Part shown: positions 1 through 12,109 of the stretch, in pieces | Layout: each line of letters opens with the position of its first letter | Numbering within the stretch: position 1 is the stretch's first letter | Assembly (NCBI RefSeq): GCF_018977255.1 | Contig: NW_024704742.1 | Span: 82,462,001 to 82,526,000, forward strand | Reading direction: 5' to 3' | Length of the DNA: 64,000 bases | Origin: Callorhinchus milii | Taxonomy: Eukaryota | Notes under the pieces: generated by a model | The model's input: the letters and a program-made list of their open reading frames with translations, nothing else | What the model was told of the DNA's origin: nothing | Databases searched by the model: none | Program-made: the position numbers and the translations under genes

Positions 1-7
1 GGTAAGG

Positions 8-400
8 TATAGAAGCTTTACAGGACGGTAGGAGACCATTCAATCACTTGTGACTGTATTGGTGCAAGCTCCTCCATTGTTGCTATCTGCTCTAATCCCA
101 CTCCCCTCTTCTTTCTCCATTCCCTTTAATTTTTTATCTCTCAAATGCTTATCCAATTTCCTTTTATAATGCTGCTGCAATCATTTACAGTAAGGCATCC
201 TACATTTTAACAACATTGTAAGTCTTTCTTTTGATTTCTCCCTTGATCTGTTTTTGCTTCTGACTATCAATAGAAATCACTATCTATATTTACCCAATGA
301 AATAAAACCATAATTTTGAATAGCTCTATCTTATTTCCCCTCATCTTCTCTGCTCTAGTGAATTCAGTCTCAATTTTAATGGCTCTTCATATAACTGTCA
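8..400 (-). mobile_element. CR1 LINE 3' fragment, degraded
   Basis: Reverse complement of a CR1 3' UTR and ORF2 end (GGAGACCATTCAA...CTAATCCCAC...TCTTCTCTGCTCTAG), similar to the better preserved copy at 54854-55810. Confidence 0.7.
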
Positions 401-1060
401 TACAGTAGGTTTTCCCAATCGCAATTATAAATGACCTTGAATAGGAGTTGACCGAAGCTCCTAAAAACAAAGAAAACAAGGACCTATTACAGTAACCATG
501 GCATCTGAAGAAGGAAATCTCACTGGCAATTACCCTCCTCACTCACTTGCTAGCTTGCCATGTGTTGAAAATGAACTGAACTTCTCGGTCTTCGGATCAT
601 AGCAAAAGTCACCTCTGAATGTAGCATTGGTGTGCAGCACACAGGAAATAACATCTGTAACGCAAGAGAAGGCAGATAGATTTCTGCATGGATTCTGTGC
701 AATCGCAACCTTGATCAGTGGTTGCTCTTGATCACGTCTTGTTATGAGACAGGTGGGAATATTATGGACCCTACCCCTGTAACTATTGCCTTATAATGGT
801 ACTTCTCTTGGTACTTGCCAAAAATTTAAGCTGGATTTGTGAGTTAATGAATCTTGCAGTCTGTCAGTCAGTTTAGTGTTTCATGTCAATAGTTCATCTG
901 AATGAGTTATCGTATGAATTCACCATGTGCTTTCATCATAATAATGCCTTTTGGACATCCTCTTGATTTACTCCTAATATAAACTAATAGTAAAACAACA
1001 ATAATAATCATTGCATTTAATATAGCATGTAGAATGTTAGAGGGTCTCTGTAAAGTAGTT

Positions 1061-1340
1061 TAATAATAATAATCCTTGCATTTGATGTAGCGCTTTTCAA
1101 GACTTCTAGACGTCTCAAAGCACTTTAGAGAATATACTGTAAAGTGAATTGACTGTATACTTGTGGGCCAAACGCCGCAGCCAATTGCACACAGCAGTGT
1201 CCCACAAACAGTCGTGGATTGAGTGACCAAATTATTATTTTATTTCTTTTTTTCTTGAGGGATTATTTTCAAGCATGCAGAATAAGGAAACTTATCCAAG
1301 GTTTTGTCCTGCCGGGAATCAAACCCAGATCTCTTGATTG
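1061..1340 (-). mobile_element. tRNA(Ala)-headed SINE, short form, head truncated
   Basis: (TAA)n-TCCTTGCATTTGAT tail, body and AAGGAAACTT..CAAGGTTT core match the full copies such as 37270-37593. Confidence 0.9.
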
Positions 1341-2189
1341 CTCCGAAGCTCTACCTTAAACAATGACCTGAACATCCAGACACTGAGCTATCACCCACAG
1401 CCTTCTGGCCAGAAGACAACTGTGCTACCAACCAAGCCAAATTGACAAGCTAATGAATGATTTACAATCTCTCTGAAGTCAGAACGACATTCAAGTCTGT
1501 GCAGCCCCAAATTCAATCCAGTACATTTTTTTAACCATTAATGCAGATGTGTCTCAAAAATTGTGGAGGTTTAAAAAAATTCGGATCTGTTTTACATGCT
1601 CAATTCAAAAGCCTTCTTTAGTGTTAAAGAAAGTGATAATCCCATAAAGCTGCTATTTTGTCCATATGAATAGTTTGGTAACGATTTACTGTAAGCTCTC
1701 ACAGAATCCAATGCTTTAAAAGATGTCTGATGGTTGAATTATTTTACAGGCCCTGTTAGTTCCATAAACAGTGGTGGTAGGTCATTCACAAGTATCACAC
1801 ACACATGCCAGTTTGGAAAACAATTATCGTGGTCAACATTTATCTGTAACTGAAACTGTTATGATAATGTCATTGACTGTAGATTTATGACTTCTCAATT
1901 AAAACTAAACTGGACATCTTTTAAATCTCATTTCATGGACTATGCCCTCGAACCAATTGAACCATTATCCCTGCTATGTGAGTATGTGTATCACGCTTAC
2001 ATTTCAAAACTTGCTACCCTGAGAAATGGGGAGGTTACAAAGTACGGATTTGTATTAGATTTACTACTAATACAAATCACCTCTTAAGGCAAATGTTTAA
2101 GGAAATGACATGTTTGCTACTTCAGCACTTCAGTAATTTTCAATGGTAAAGGCCAAATGTCCTTAGATACAATTTTTAGGTTGTTAGGG

Positions 2190-2370
2190 AATAATAATAA
2201 TAATCCTTGCATTTGATATAGCTTCTTATCACGTCTTCGAGACATCCCAAAGCATTTCACGGAATATACTATAAAGTGAATTGACTGTATATTCTGTGGG
2301 CGAAATATGGCAGCTGTTTGAGCTCAATAGTGTCCCACAAACAGTCGTGGATTGAAGTGACCAATTTATT
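2190..2370 (-). mobile_element. SINE 3' module only
   Basis: AATAATCCTTGCATTTGATATAGC...GTCCCACAAACAGTCGTGGATTGA matches the SINE tail. Confidence 0.85.
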
Positions 2371-2419
2371 ATTCAATTATTCTTATACTTATAGTTATTC
2401 AGTAATTATTCATATACTG

Positions 2420-3290
2420 TCATTCAAAGACACTTACAGTGCAAAAAGAGACAAGGAGGCCATTCAACCTGTCGAGTCTGTATCAGCTTTTGGAGCAAGC
2501 TGACTATTCAATTTCATTGCCCTTCCCTATCCTCACACCACTTCAAGCCTCTAACGTTTATATACTGTCTACTTCTTTCTTGAAACCCCACATGGACTCT
2601 GCCACTGCCACTTTAGCTGCCAGGGCAAACCATGTCTCAACAACTTTCTGCGTGAGAATATCCTAAGCTTTCCTTTTGCTCTTCTTGTGACTATCTTATA
2701 TGTATGTCCCCTCGTCATTGACTCTGCTACCAGTGGAGATAGCTTCTCCTCATTGACCCTGTCAAAACATCTCATAATTTTATATACCTCTATCAGGTCC
2801 CCACCTCGATCTTCTCTGTTCCAATGAAAACAGATCCAACATCTCCAAACTCCCCTCATAACTTTAGCCCCTCATCTATGCAATCATTTGAAGGCCTTAA
2901 CCTGCTTACTAAATGGTGATATTCAAAACTGAACACACCCCTCCAGTCGTGGCCTAACCAATGATTTATAAAAACTTATTATTATTTGTTTTACTTTTGT
3001 ACACTATGTCGCTGTGTATAAAATGCAGAATACCATTAGCTTTTGCCAGTCCTTTCCACTTGCACTGCAACTCTCAAGGACTTATGCATTTGCACTCCCT
3101 AGGCTTTTTACTGATCTATGCCTTGAAAGATACTGCCATTTAATAAAAATGAATTACCTCACATTCTGCTTCATTAAACTTCATCTGCCACTGATCAGCC
3201 ATTGCTCTCATCCATTTAAGTCCTTCCTGCACTACTGCTCATTACAGCTCCAAAGTTATATTTACTGATGTAGCCATAATCAGTAAAATC
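2420..3290 (-). mobile_element. CR1 LINE 3' fragment (ORF2 C-terminus and 3' UTR)
   Basis: ORF 2569..2859 contains GDLIEVYKIMR...TRGHTYKI, the characteristic CR1 ORF2 C-terminal motif. Confidence 0.9.
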
Positions 3291-3624
3291 TCTAAGCCTG
3301 ACTAGTAACAAAAAACATGGCCTTGTGGTCAGGATGAACACAAATCTATATAAATTAGAGAGCATGGGGCACTGATTTTCATATCCGTAAACTGCAGCCA
3401 TTCACAAATAATGAGTTAAAACTTAGTCAATTTGCTAGTATATTGAAGTCAGACAAGAATATTGAGTTATCAAGTTGCCCAGCCTTGATTGCCTTGACAT
3501 TCTGCGATAGATCCTGCAAGTGATATTTGAGATGGCGATGCAAAGCCAAAACCTAGACACAATGCTACAACAATTCACAGAAACCATATTGAAGTTACAA
3601 GATGATAGTGGGGAAGATTTCTTA

Positions 3625-3850
3625 TGATCCATGGAGTGAATAACTAATTTAGTTGGGGGTATTGTTGGCAGGACACTGGGAAAAACTCCTTTCCCTTTTT
3701 GAATAGTAGCATGGAATCTTTAATATCCACCTGAACAGGCACACAGGACTGCGGTTTAATATCTCATCCAAAGGACAGAATCTTCTTTAATGCAGTATGC
3801 CCCCAGCACTGCATTGAATTAACAGACTAGACTACATGAGGTCCAAGTGA
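3625..3850 (-). mobile_element. Deu-domain SINE fragment
   Basis: TTGGCAGGACAC...GGAATCTTTAATATCCACCTGAACAGGCA...ATCTCATCCAAAGGAC is the reverse complement of the Deu core seen at 44340 and 56985. Confidence 0.85.
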
Positions 3851-4859
3851 AGAGTAAATCGAGACATAAGGGAANTTTTTCTCCAAGAGTACTCCCAGGC
3901 TTTTAAGTGGCTAAAACATGGGTTATAACAGACCACTGATGTTGATGATGTTGCTATACTTCATCTTGAAGTTGCTTTTCTGGAAGTTCTTAAAATAACT
4001 GATAGAAAAGAAAATTAAAGCTAATACTATTTTCAATAATTTGCCAAACTCTGGACACTCTTAAATGCTGTGTGAATCATGTTTGCCTACAAAATACACA
4101 TTCACAACATATCTGATGTAGTGCTGATAACTTAGAAAGCGCTTCACAAGTTATTGTTGCCAAATTTAGTATTTTAATGGTAATAATAATAATCATTGCA
4201 TTTGATATAGAGCTTTATCATGCCGTTGAGAAAATCTCAGTAAGGAGTTGTCTGTTGATGCATGCAATAAATTAGAACAATTAGAAATGTGTCAGTTTGA
4301 GCCTAAAGCCTCTGCGGTTCATCCTGATTGCTACATTCTCATTCGTGTAAACAAGGACTTTACCCTGTGTTTTGGCAAGATAATAGGAACTAGTTTCCTG
4401 TCTGGATTTATATTATGAGCCAAAAGATATATTGCGAACAGAAGCAAATCAAGCTTCTGATGATGTTAGGATCTATAAGAGCAAAGTAAGTAGTGCAGCC
4501 TGCATTGATACTGTACCACATGATTTATACTGCAGTGCAAGGACACTCTACTTTCACTGAATATTACAAGCAAACAAAATACTTTGCTACATCTTATGTA
4601 ATGATACCTATTACTCATCTAGATTTATGAGCCATATATTGTGTATTATCGTGTACTTGAGAGACCAAATGCAATATTTACAAAACCCAATTCATTGTGT
4701 TAATTGCAATGCCTGCTGTGCGTTTTTGCTTATTTTCTCGACTAGAAAAAATAATTGAAAAGCCTGAAGAAAGTCCAGGAAAAGAAAAAGCAGACCTGTG
4801 GTATCAGCCCTTTTTGGTTTTGAATCTCAAAATTGGAAAAATATAAACCAGGAGTTATG

Positions 4860-5056
4860 GTAATAATCCATGCATTTGATATAGTGCCTTATCATGCCAT
4901 TGAGACGTCACAAAGCACTTCACAGAATATACTGTAAAGCGAATTGACTATATTTTGTGGGTGAAACGCGGCAACCAATTGCGCACAGTTGTGTCCCACA
5001 AACAATCATGGATTGAGTCACCAAATTATGATTTTATTTAATAGATTATTACCCTC
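4860..5056 (-). mobile_element. SINE 3' module, truncated at the internal GGGTAATAATC motif
   Basis: Tail and body match the SINE; similarity ends at GATTATTACCCT. Confidence 0.85.
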
Positions 5057-6002
5057 AGAAAGTGGTCTGACACTCGACTAACAACCGTGTTGCTACTTAC
5101 TGCTCGGTAAATAGAGTTAAATTTAAATGCAACAAATCTCCATTTTTGAACATTGCACATTTTAATCCCACAAGCAATAAACAAAATATATTTTCAATGA
5201 TTTTTTAAAAAGGCACAAAACAGGCAAAGCATATTTGGATATCACTGGATCTCTCATCTTGTTCACCAGGAAATAACATGATCACATTTTTTATGCTTAT
5301 TTGCAGCCCAGGTGTGCCAAATGCTTTTTCATGTTAACACAAGGTTCCAAGGAACATATAGTGATATTAGACTTTCAATTTAAATGTGATTCTGATGTCA
5401 CACATTGGTTCATGTTTTCATACGAAGCTTGTTCATTTAGCTTTGCTAATCAGATGTCATAGCTGGCAGATTAACCAAATCTTCATGTACTCGTTGGCCC
5501 ACCTTTGGGAAAACATCATGTTGTCATCCATAAAATAATTTCCCCCTTTATGTAAATTATACTGTGACCCAAATCGCTGCTTTTTCCTAATAATTAGCCT
5601 TTTCTCCAAATAAAGAGGTAAATTGAACATTGATCTTCAAGGATCTGTCCTGCCCTTTTCTTTTAATTCTCAGACAGTCAACAAAGCAGGAGCTAGGATT
5701 AATCACAATTGGTACTCAGTGACCTTTGACAACAGTTCACAAATCTGTTGTCAGTACTTTATAATTGCTCACATCTTTCCAGACAGGGTGGATTGACTTC
5801 CCTAGATAAGAGACAGATTGTCGCAAACTCTACACATTTGTCACTAGTGCTGTCCTGCCTATGGAATAGCCGGGGCTGAACAACAAGCATCTGTTATCAA
5901 AACACTGAAATTACTCATTACATCTACATCACCAGATATGGAAACTATAAGATATTACCGTCGCATTTTCCTTGCAGTTGAGATTGTGCCTTATCACCTC
6001 GC

Positions 6003-6900
6003 CAACAACAACAACAAGATTGCATTTATAGAGCGCCTTTCACGTTGGGAGGACGTCCCAAGGCGCTGGACAGTTGGGTCAGGACCTGAGCAGGGGGGAA
6101 ATGGTCAGGGTGAGGGGAGGGAAGGGAGGGTGCAAAGAGTGGGTAGAGAGTCGAGAGGGGAGCTGAAGACACGGTTGAAGAGCAAGGTCTTGAGACTGGC
6201 CTTGAAGGAGGAAAGGGAGGAAGAAAGGCGAAGGCACTGGGGGATGGAGTTCCAGAGCTTAGGGGCTGAGAGGCTGAAAGCCCGGCCACCGATAGTAGGG
6301 CAGTTAGGGCAGGGGATGTGGAGCAGATCGGAGCCAGAGGAACGGAGGGTACGGGCAGGTATGTGGGGGGATAGTAGATCGGAGAGGTAGGAGGGAGCAA
6401 GGCCATGAATGGCCTTGTAGGTGAGGATGAGGATCTTGAAATCAATCCTCTGGGGGATGGGGGGCCAGTGGAGGCGAGCGAGGGTGGGAGTGATGTGGTC
6501 CCGAAGCCTGGTGCGGGACAGTACACGAGCTGCAGAGTTCTAAATGACCTGCAGCTTGTGGAGGGAGGTGCCAGGAAGGCCGATGAGGAGAGAGTTCCCT
6601 TAGTGCAGCCTTGAGGTGATAAAGGCGTGGACCAGTGTTTCAAGAGCGTGAGGGGTGAGGTAGTGCCGTAGTCTGGCGATGTTCCGGAGGTGGTGGAAGG
6701 CAGTGCCAGCTGTTGCGCGGATGTGGGGAAGAAAGGACAGCTCAGGGTTGAACAGAACCCCGAGGTTCCTGAGTGGCTTTGAGAGGTGGAGAGTGCAGCC
6801 TTGGATGCTGATGCTGTCAGCGCCTGAGGTGCGGAGGCGCTGACGCGAGCCAATCAGGAGGGCCTCAGTTTTGCGCACATTGAGCTGAAGAAAGTTGTTG
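6003..6900 (-). mobile_element. L2 LINE (family A), 5'-truncated, inserted into a Deu-SINE tail
   Basis: ORF 6600..6911 (NFLQLNVRKTE...RNLGVLF...[10 protein letters not shown]) is L2 ORF2. It has a (TTG)n tail, a 3' stem-loop at 6032-6067, and GCCAA at both junctions (6001-6005 and 6907-6911). Confidence 0.95.
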
Positions 6901-6906
6901 AAGAAA

Positions 6907-7225
6907 GCCAAGATGTCTCAAAGCACTTTGTTGGATATACTCTAAAGTGGTTTAACTGAATATTTTGTGGTTGAAAAATGGCAGCATAAAATCAGCCATA
7001 GAGTTAGTGACCAATTTGAGGGATTGTTGGCCAGGACACTGGATAATCTCCATTCACTTTTTGAATTGTGCCAGGGGATCATTAACATCCACTGAACAGG
7101 CAGACAGGACCTCGGTTTAACATCAAATCCAAAGAATGGCACCTCAAACAGTGTATAACACCCCCAGCATTACATTGGAATGTCAGCTTAGACTATATGA
7201 TTCCAAGTCCTGATATGGACTTGCA
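6907..7225 (-). mobile_element. Deu-domain SINE (its 3' tip lies at ~5965-6002, beyond the L2 insertion)
   Basis: GATTGTTGGCCAGGACAC...CTGAACAGGCAGACAGGACCTCGGTTTAACATC...GGCACCTC Deu core plus shared tail. Confidence 0.88.
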
Positions 7226-8871
7226 AATGGAAACTATTTTCTGGTTAAGTGTTTACAAAGAGAGGAGGATCCCACCATTATGCTCAATTTTGGGTACATA
7301 TAACAGTCATGACAGCTGTTCTCCTTCTCAAGGAAAATGATTTGTTGGCTCACATTCCTGAGTATCAAGCTTCATGAAGATATTTTGTGAGTATTCCTGA
7401 CCTCCAAATTGGTCACTGAATAGATGAAGCATTTCTCTTCCACTTTGTGATGTTCTATGATAATCAACATTTCTATTCTGCCCTCTGGACCTTGGTCTAG
7501 ATCCACTAATGGATCTCAGCACAAATTGAGTCAACAACTAACTAACATTCATTGATTTAATCTGAGGCAAGCCAAATAAATATAGCACCCCTGAGTTAGG
7601 GAGGGAACAAATCAATACAATACAAAACTAATACAATAGAGTGCAACAAATCAGCACGTTTATGGATCTAAAAGCAGTGTCTGTACTGGAACATGGATGT
7701 CTGTAGATGCCTGTAGATCTAAGAACATGACTGGGCTTAGCTATCATTCCTGCCTTGGTTGAATAGTTTGCTGAAGCTCAATTACCGGGCACACGTATTA
7801 AGAATAGGCACTTCATAGAGCTAGCGGGGCTGTGAATGTCTGTGAAAAAATATCCCGACTGGTTAGCTGTGACATTGGCTTTCTACTTTTCAACTCGATG
7901 TTGATTACATTATTCTTCACAATTTGCAACATTAGCACCTCAAAAAAAATCATAAAACTAGGGTTACCAGAAAATAAGTGCTATTTGTTTTACGCTTTAT
8001 TGAATCTCATACAGAACTGACTTCTATATTCTTCTGAGGGAACTTGCCTTTAATAACTAAATTTCGTCAGGATTTCAATTGTAGCATAATGATAATTCCA
8101 GAATAAGCATAATGTTCAATTTTACTAGAGAGTGTATTTGCATACCTGTATATGTGATATACAACACAAGGTATAGATTTTCCTGCAAAATGTATGCTTT
8201 TGAAAATATTATATATTTAATGAAATATAGTGATGAGTACCTCTGACCTACATGTGAATTGCTTTATTTTTAAACATTGGCAGCTCTTATATTCCTGATA
8301 TACCATTGCTAGTTTCATCCATCTGGTTCACACATTTATATTGGGTAACACACCCATCCAGGTCATTGGGAGTGCCGTATATGAACTTTTCACCACCAAT
8401 ATTCAGTCACTGCATTTTAAAGCACATCCTGTGTAAGGCTTTGAGATATCCTCCTGATGTGAAGGATGTTATGCCAAATGCAAAAATATCAAATGCAAAC
8501 ATTACAGGAGTATTTATATTTCTTTAATGTAAGACTAAAACTAGCAAACTCATAACTTTTCTACAATCTTTTTTGTTTCCATTTCTGCATTCCTGCCCTT
8601 TCCCACTTATATCTTGTGATCTTAAGGGTGGGTGTTTTGGAGGGATGAGATTGCACAGACTGAAGGGCCTTTTTCATCCAGACCAATCTTGTGATAAGCT
8701 TTGGTTCTTCAGCTATTGCCTTTCCCAATTTTCTCTGCTCTTTTCAAGGCAAGCATTCAGGGTGAGACAATCTTCTATTGCTCCCGACTGTCCTTCAGTG
8801 CGTCTACCAAACAATTATTCTGTGAGCCTAGACAATGACGGCCAACAGTTTGTTCATCCACAGAGAATTTA

Positions 8872-9115
8872 CAACTGAGCCTGATCCTGCCCTTGTCAGA
8901 TTTTTGTTCAAGCAATCTCTGGGTGGTGATTTGGACTGCAAGCCTTGCTTATTTTTCGTCTCCCTAACTCAGGGGCACTGAGATCAATTAAAGCACCCCT
9001 ACCAACAACTTAACTGAGATCTGCTAACTCAGCACACACTAACCCAACAATCCCAGGAATTATGTCACTCAGTTTCACATTGGGCAACGTGCCTACCTAA
9101 CTAGGCCATTGGGTA
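8872..9115 (-). mobile_element. Ancient AmnSINE2-like SINE relic
   Basis: Minus strand reads GTGTGCTGAGTTAGCAGATCTCAG...GTAGGGGTGCTTTAATTGATCTCAGTGCCCCTGAGTTAGGGAG...GGCAGGATCAGGCTCAG, matching my recollection of the AmnSINE2 consensus. Confidence 0.65.
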
Positions 9116-9222
9116 TACTGTATAGGAACTTTATAAAATCCATTTCCATCCTTTACCCTGAGGGGCACTGTAAGTATTCAGTGCATAACATTAACATACT
9201 CGGGTTACATATATACAAGCTT

Positions 9223-9414
9223 GTGGAGTCCTGGAGTCCTATAGCTCAGTGGTTAGAGCACTCGCCTCACAAACAAGAGACCTGGGTTTAAATTCTGGCA
9301 TGGCGAAATGTTGGGCAAATTTCCTTACTTCACATGCCTCGCAGTAAGTAGGAACCCAGTTGTTAGTCGATTGGTAGATCACTTTTCCGGGGATAATAAT
9401 CATTTATTATTATT
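9223..9414 (+). mobile_element. tRNA(Ala)-headed SINE, long form, 3' module missing
   Basis: A box (TAGCTCAGTGG), B-box region and long core GCAGTAAGTAGGAACCCAGTTGTTAGTCGATTGG; then ATAATAATC joins directly to (TTA)n. Confidence 0.88.
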
Positions 9415-9471
9415 GTGAGATAAATTCAACTAGCTTTTGAGCCTATTAATATCCGATAGTTCAGTCAGAGC

Positions 9472-9791
9472 AATAATAATAATAATCCTTGCATTTTGAT
9501 ATAGCGCTTTTCACATCTTCTAGACGTCTCAAAGCGCTTCATAGAATATACTGTAAAGTGAATTGACTGTATATTTATGGACGAAATGTGGCAGCCAATT
9601 GCGCACAGCAGTGTCCCACAAACAGTCATGGATTGAATTTATTATTCAATTTATTTTATTTTTTTCTTGAGGGATTATTATCAGGCGTGTGGAGTAAGGA
9701 AACTTGCCCAAGATTTCACCCTGCCGGGAATTGAACACAAGTCTCTCACTAGTAAAGTGAGTGCTCTAACCACTGAGCTACAGAACTCCAC
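9472..9791 (-). mobile_element. tRNA(Ala)-headed SINE, short form, full length
   Basis: Complete head-core-tail match to the other copies; TAGAA loop variant. Confidence 0.93.
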
Positions 9792-9929
9792 AAAAAGTGG
9801 GATCACTCTCCATCTGGCAACCAATGTTTTAGCAGTTGTGCTGATGTAATGCCAGCCTTTGCTAATCTAAAAGAGTTTAAGCAGACAAGTATTTACTGGT
9901 GGATGTCATTGTTTGGCGAAAATACATTA

Positions 9930-10415
9930 TCTATTATTGTATATACTAATAAAACAACAATGTCTGTCTGTGCTTCAAGAGGATTTCAATAACCAATTGA
10001 CATAGCGCCATGATTTATAACTCATCGGAAAGGTCTTGCACCTGGGAGTGACAAGGGTATTTTTGTTTTTGGGTACCTCCTGTTGTTCATGAGTTATTTT
10101 CAGTTTTGCGTTTTTCGCTGCAGTTACACCAGATGGCCCCCAAATCAAAGTGGCGCTGTGACATCCTGCGTCACAGAGCACGCATGTAACCAAGCGGCGG
10201 GAACAAAATAAACAACACAGAAGTTAAGCCGCGGCAACAGCCACAAAATTACATTTTTAAAGCGCCGAGTCCTCCTACTGAGTCCTCCTAAAAGGAGTCC
10301 TCCCACAAGAGTCCTCCCAGATGAGTGTAGATCAAGATGAAATGTGTCTGTGTGTCAATCTACATTCCATATTGGATCCTTTGGTTGCAAGCGAAGCTGC
10401 AACAGGCACAGCTAG
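9930..10415 (+). mobile_element. Non-autonomous Helitron (rolling-circle transposon)
   Basis: A|TC 5' end followed by TATACTAATAAAA and TGTCTGTCTGT; subterminal hairpin GTTGCA(A)GC-GAA-GCTGCAAC (10384-10403); CTAG|T 3' end; no TSD. Confidence 0.72.
10267..10318 (+). repeat. Four spaced copies of GAGTCCTCC inside the Helitron
   Basis: GAGTCCTCCtact GAGTCCTCCtaaaag GAGTCCTCCcacaa GAGTCCTCCcag read directly. Confidence 0.9.
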
Positions 10416-12109
10416 TATAAAATAATAATAATCCTTGCATTTTATATAGCGCCTTATAATGTCATTGAGACATCTCAAAGCGCTTCACAGAATATACTGT
10501 AAAGTGGATTGACTGTGTATGTTGTGGGTGAATACATATATGTGTATTAGTATGCACAGAAAATGAATTATTAAAGAAAAGCCTTGGTCCCACAAGAAAA
10601 TTAGCAACTTCCCTGAACTGCTGAGCCCTGATATTTTTGCCAGGATATCAGAATGGACCAGATTTTGTTTTCCATTCAGATCCACAGGAAAATTGGGTTG
10701 AAAAGAAGGTTTATGATGTTTCCTTATGACTACCTGTTTTATGTACGATCTTTAGATTACCCACAGAATACTGCAATAATAGATAAGAAATATTCACTGT
10801 ATAAAGGTTATGTGATATATTATACATTTTTAGGGACGATAACATTTAAACATTTTTATTCGCTTATTTTTCGTTTGGTTTATAATTACTGATTGATGTG
10901 ATGCGATTCTTCCACCATGAATTCTGAACGTTTAGAATGAGGTTCACAATTGCTGTGTGCAGACTGGGTTCCTCGATTGCCCACAAAATGCAGTCACTAA
11001 ACTTCACAGTATATCCTGTGAAGTGCTTTGAAATACTCCTAAAATGAAAGGCACTACATGAAATGTCAGGATTACTATTATTATATTTGGACCAAATTTA
11101 AGAATTGCTATATGCAGACTGGCTACCCCATTCAGCAATAAATACACAGTCACAACATTTCACAGTAACATGCAGTGAAGTACTTTGAAACGACTGTTTC
11201 AACAGTCACCATGAAGAATACAAGGATTATTTATTTCTTTGTTTGTTCAACATGATGTGGCAGAGAAGACTGCACAGTTACATTGTGCTGCTCAATACAG
11301 AAAACTGCTTGCAGGAACTTGGAGCGATATTTAAGAGAGTAGTACATCACCACTGAGAGTACAGCTTTATATTACACCAATTCTGTCACAAGAGAAAATG
11401 AGCCAGAGAAGAAGTTGAGCTGAGTAAATTGAGGAATTTAAAATTAAGTCACATTTCAGATACTTTTATTTTCTCTTTATTATTTTTTTCCTGAAAAACT
11501 CCCGATGAGTCTGAATAATAAAAAGTGCCATGTTGTTGGAGTAGGCATGCATGCTGTTTTAAATGCTATCAGATATCTGGTGGAATAATGTTTATGGATA
11601 AAGTCCTTCTAGTTTTTACAAGCGTTTCTTTTCCGTAAAGTTAATAGTAGTACTAGTAAACAGTCCTTACATTGGCATGGTGCCATCGCATCACAAGAAT
11701 ATCTCAATGCAATTCACAGGGTACACTGCAAAGTGTAGTGACTGTGTGTTTTGTAGGTGAGGGTGCTGGTATGCAAGTAACTGCAGTCCCAAGTCTAAAG
11801 GCAAGACAGGGATAACTTAATTTTATTTTCATATAAACCTTATCCTCACCTTAGTATTTATTTTAGGTTAATAAAGGTAATATTACAGTAGTGAAGCTAC
11901 TATTGTGAGTGAAATAACAATACTTTTACATTTACCAAAACTACGGGTCAAAAGTATCACTTGTTCAGGTTTGTGAAGGTAAGTTAGGGCAGACAAGAAA
12001 TATTTCTTTACACATTAAGTAATTAACAGCTGTTTCAGAAAGGTTGGATATGTATTCAGGAAGGATAGGATCACAAGGGCCTTCTTCACCTGCAATTCTA
12101 TCAGAAATT

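Noticed and set aside
1..10. G|GTAAG splice-donor-like start of the window
   Set aside because: No upstream sequence to test, and it abuts a CR1 3' end.
3511..3627. Protein-like frame ILQVIFEMAMQSQNLDTMLQQFTETILKLQDDSGEDFL after an AG
   Set aside because: Weak polypyrimidine tract, no recognisable homology and no linked exons.
3875..3875. Single N base
   Set aside because: An assembly ambiguity or join marker, not biology; continuity across it is uncertain.
10267..10318. Spaced direct repeats superficially like a CRISPR array
   Set aside because: 9-bp repeats with 4-6-nt spacers in vertebrate DNA, inside a putative Helitron; no cas genes.
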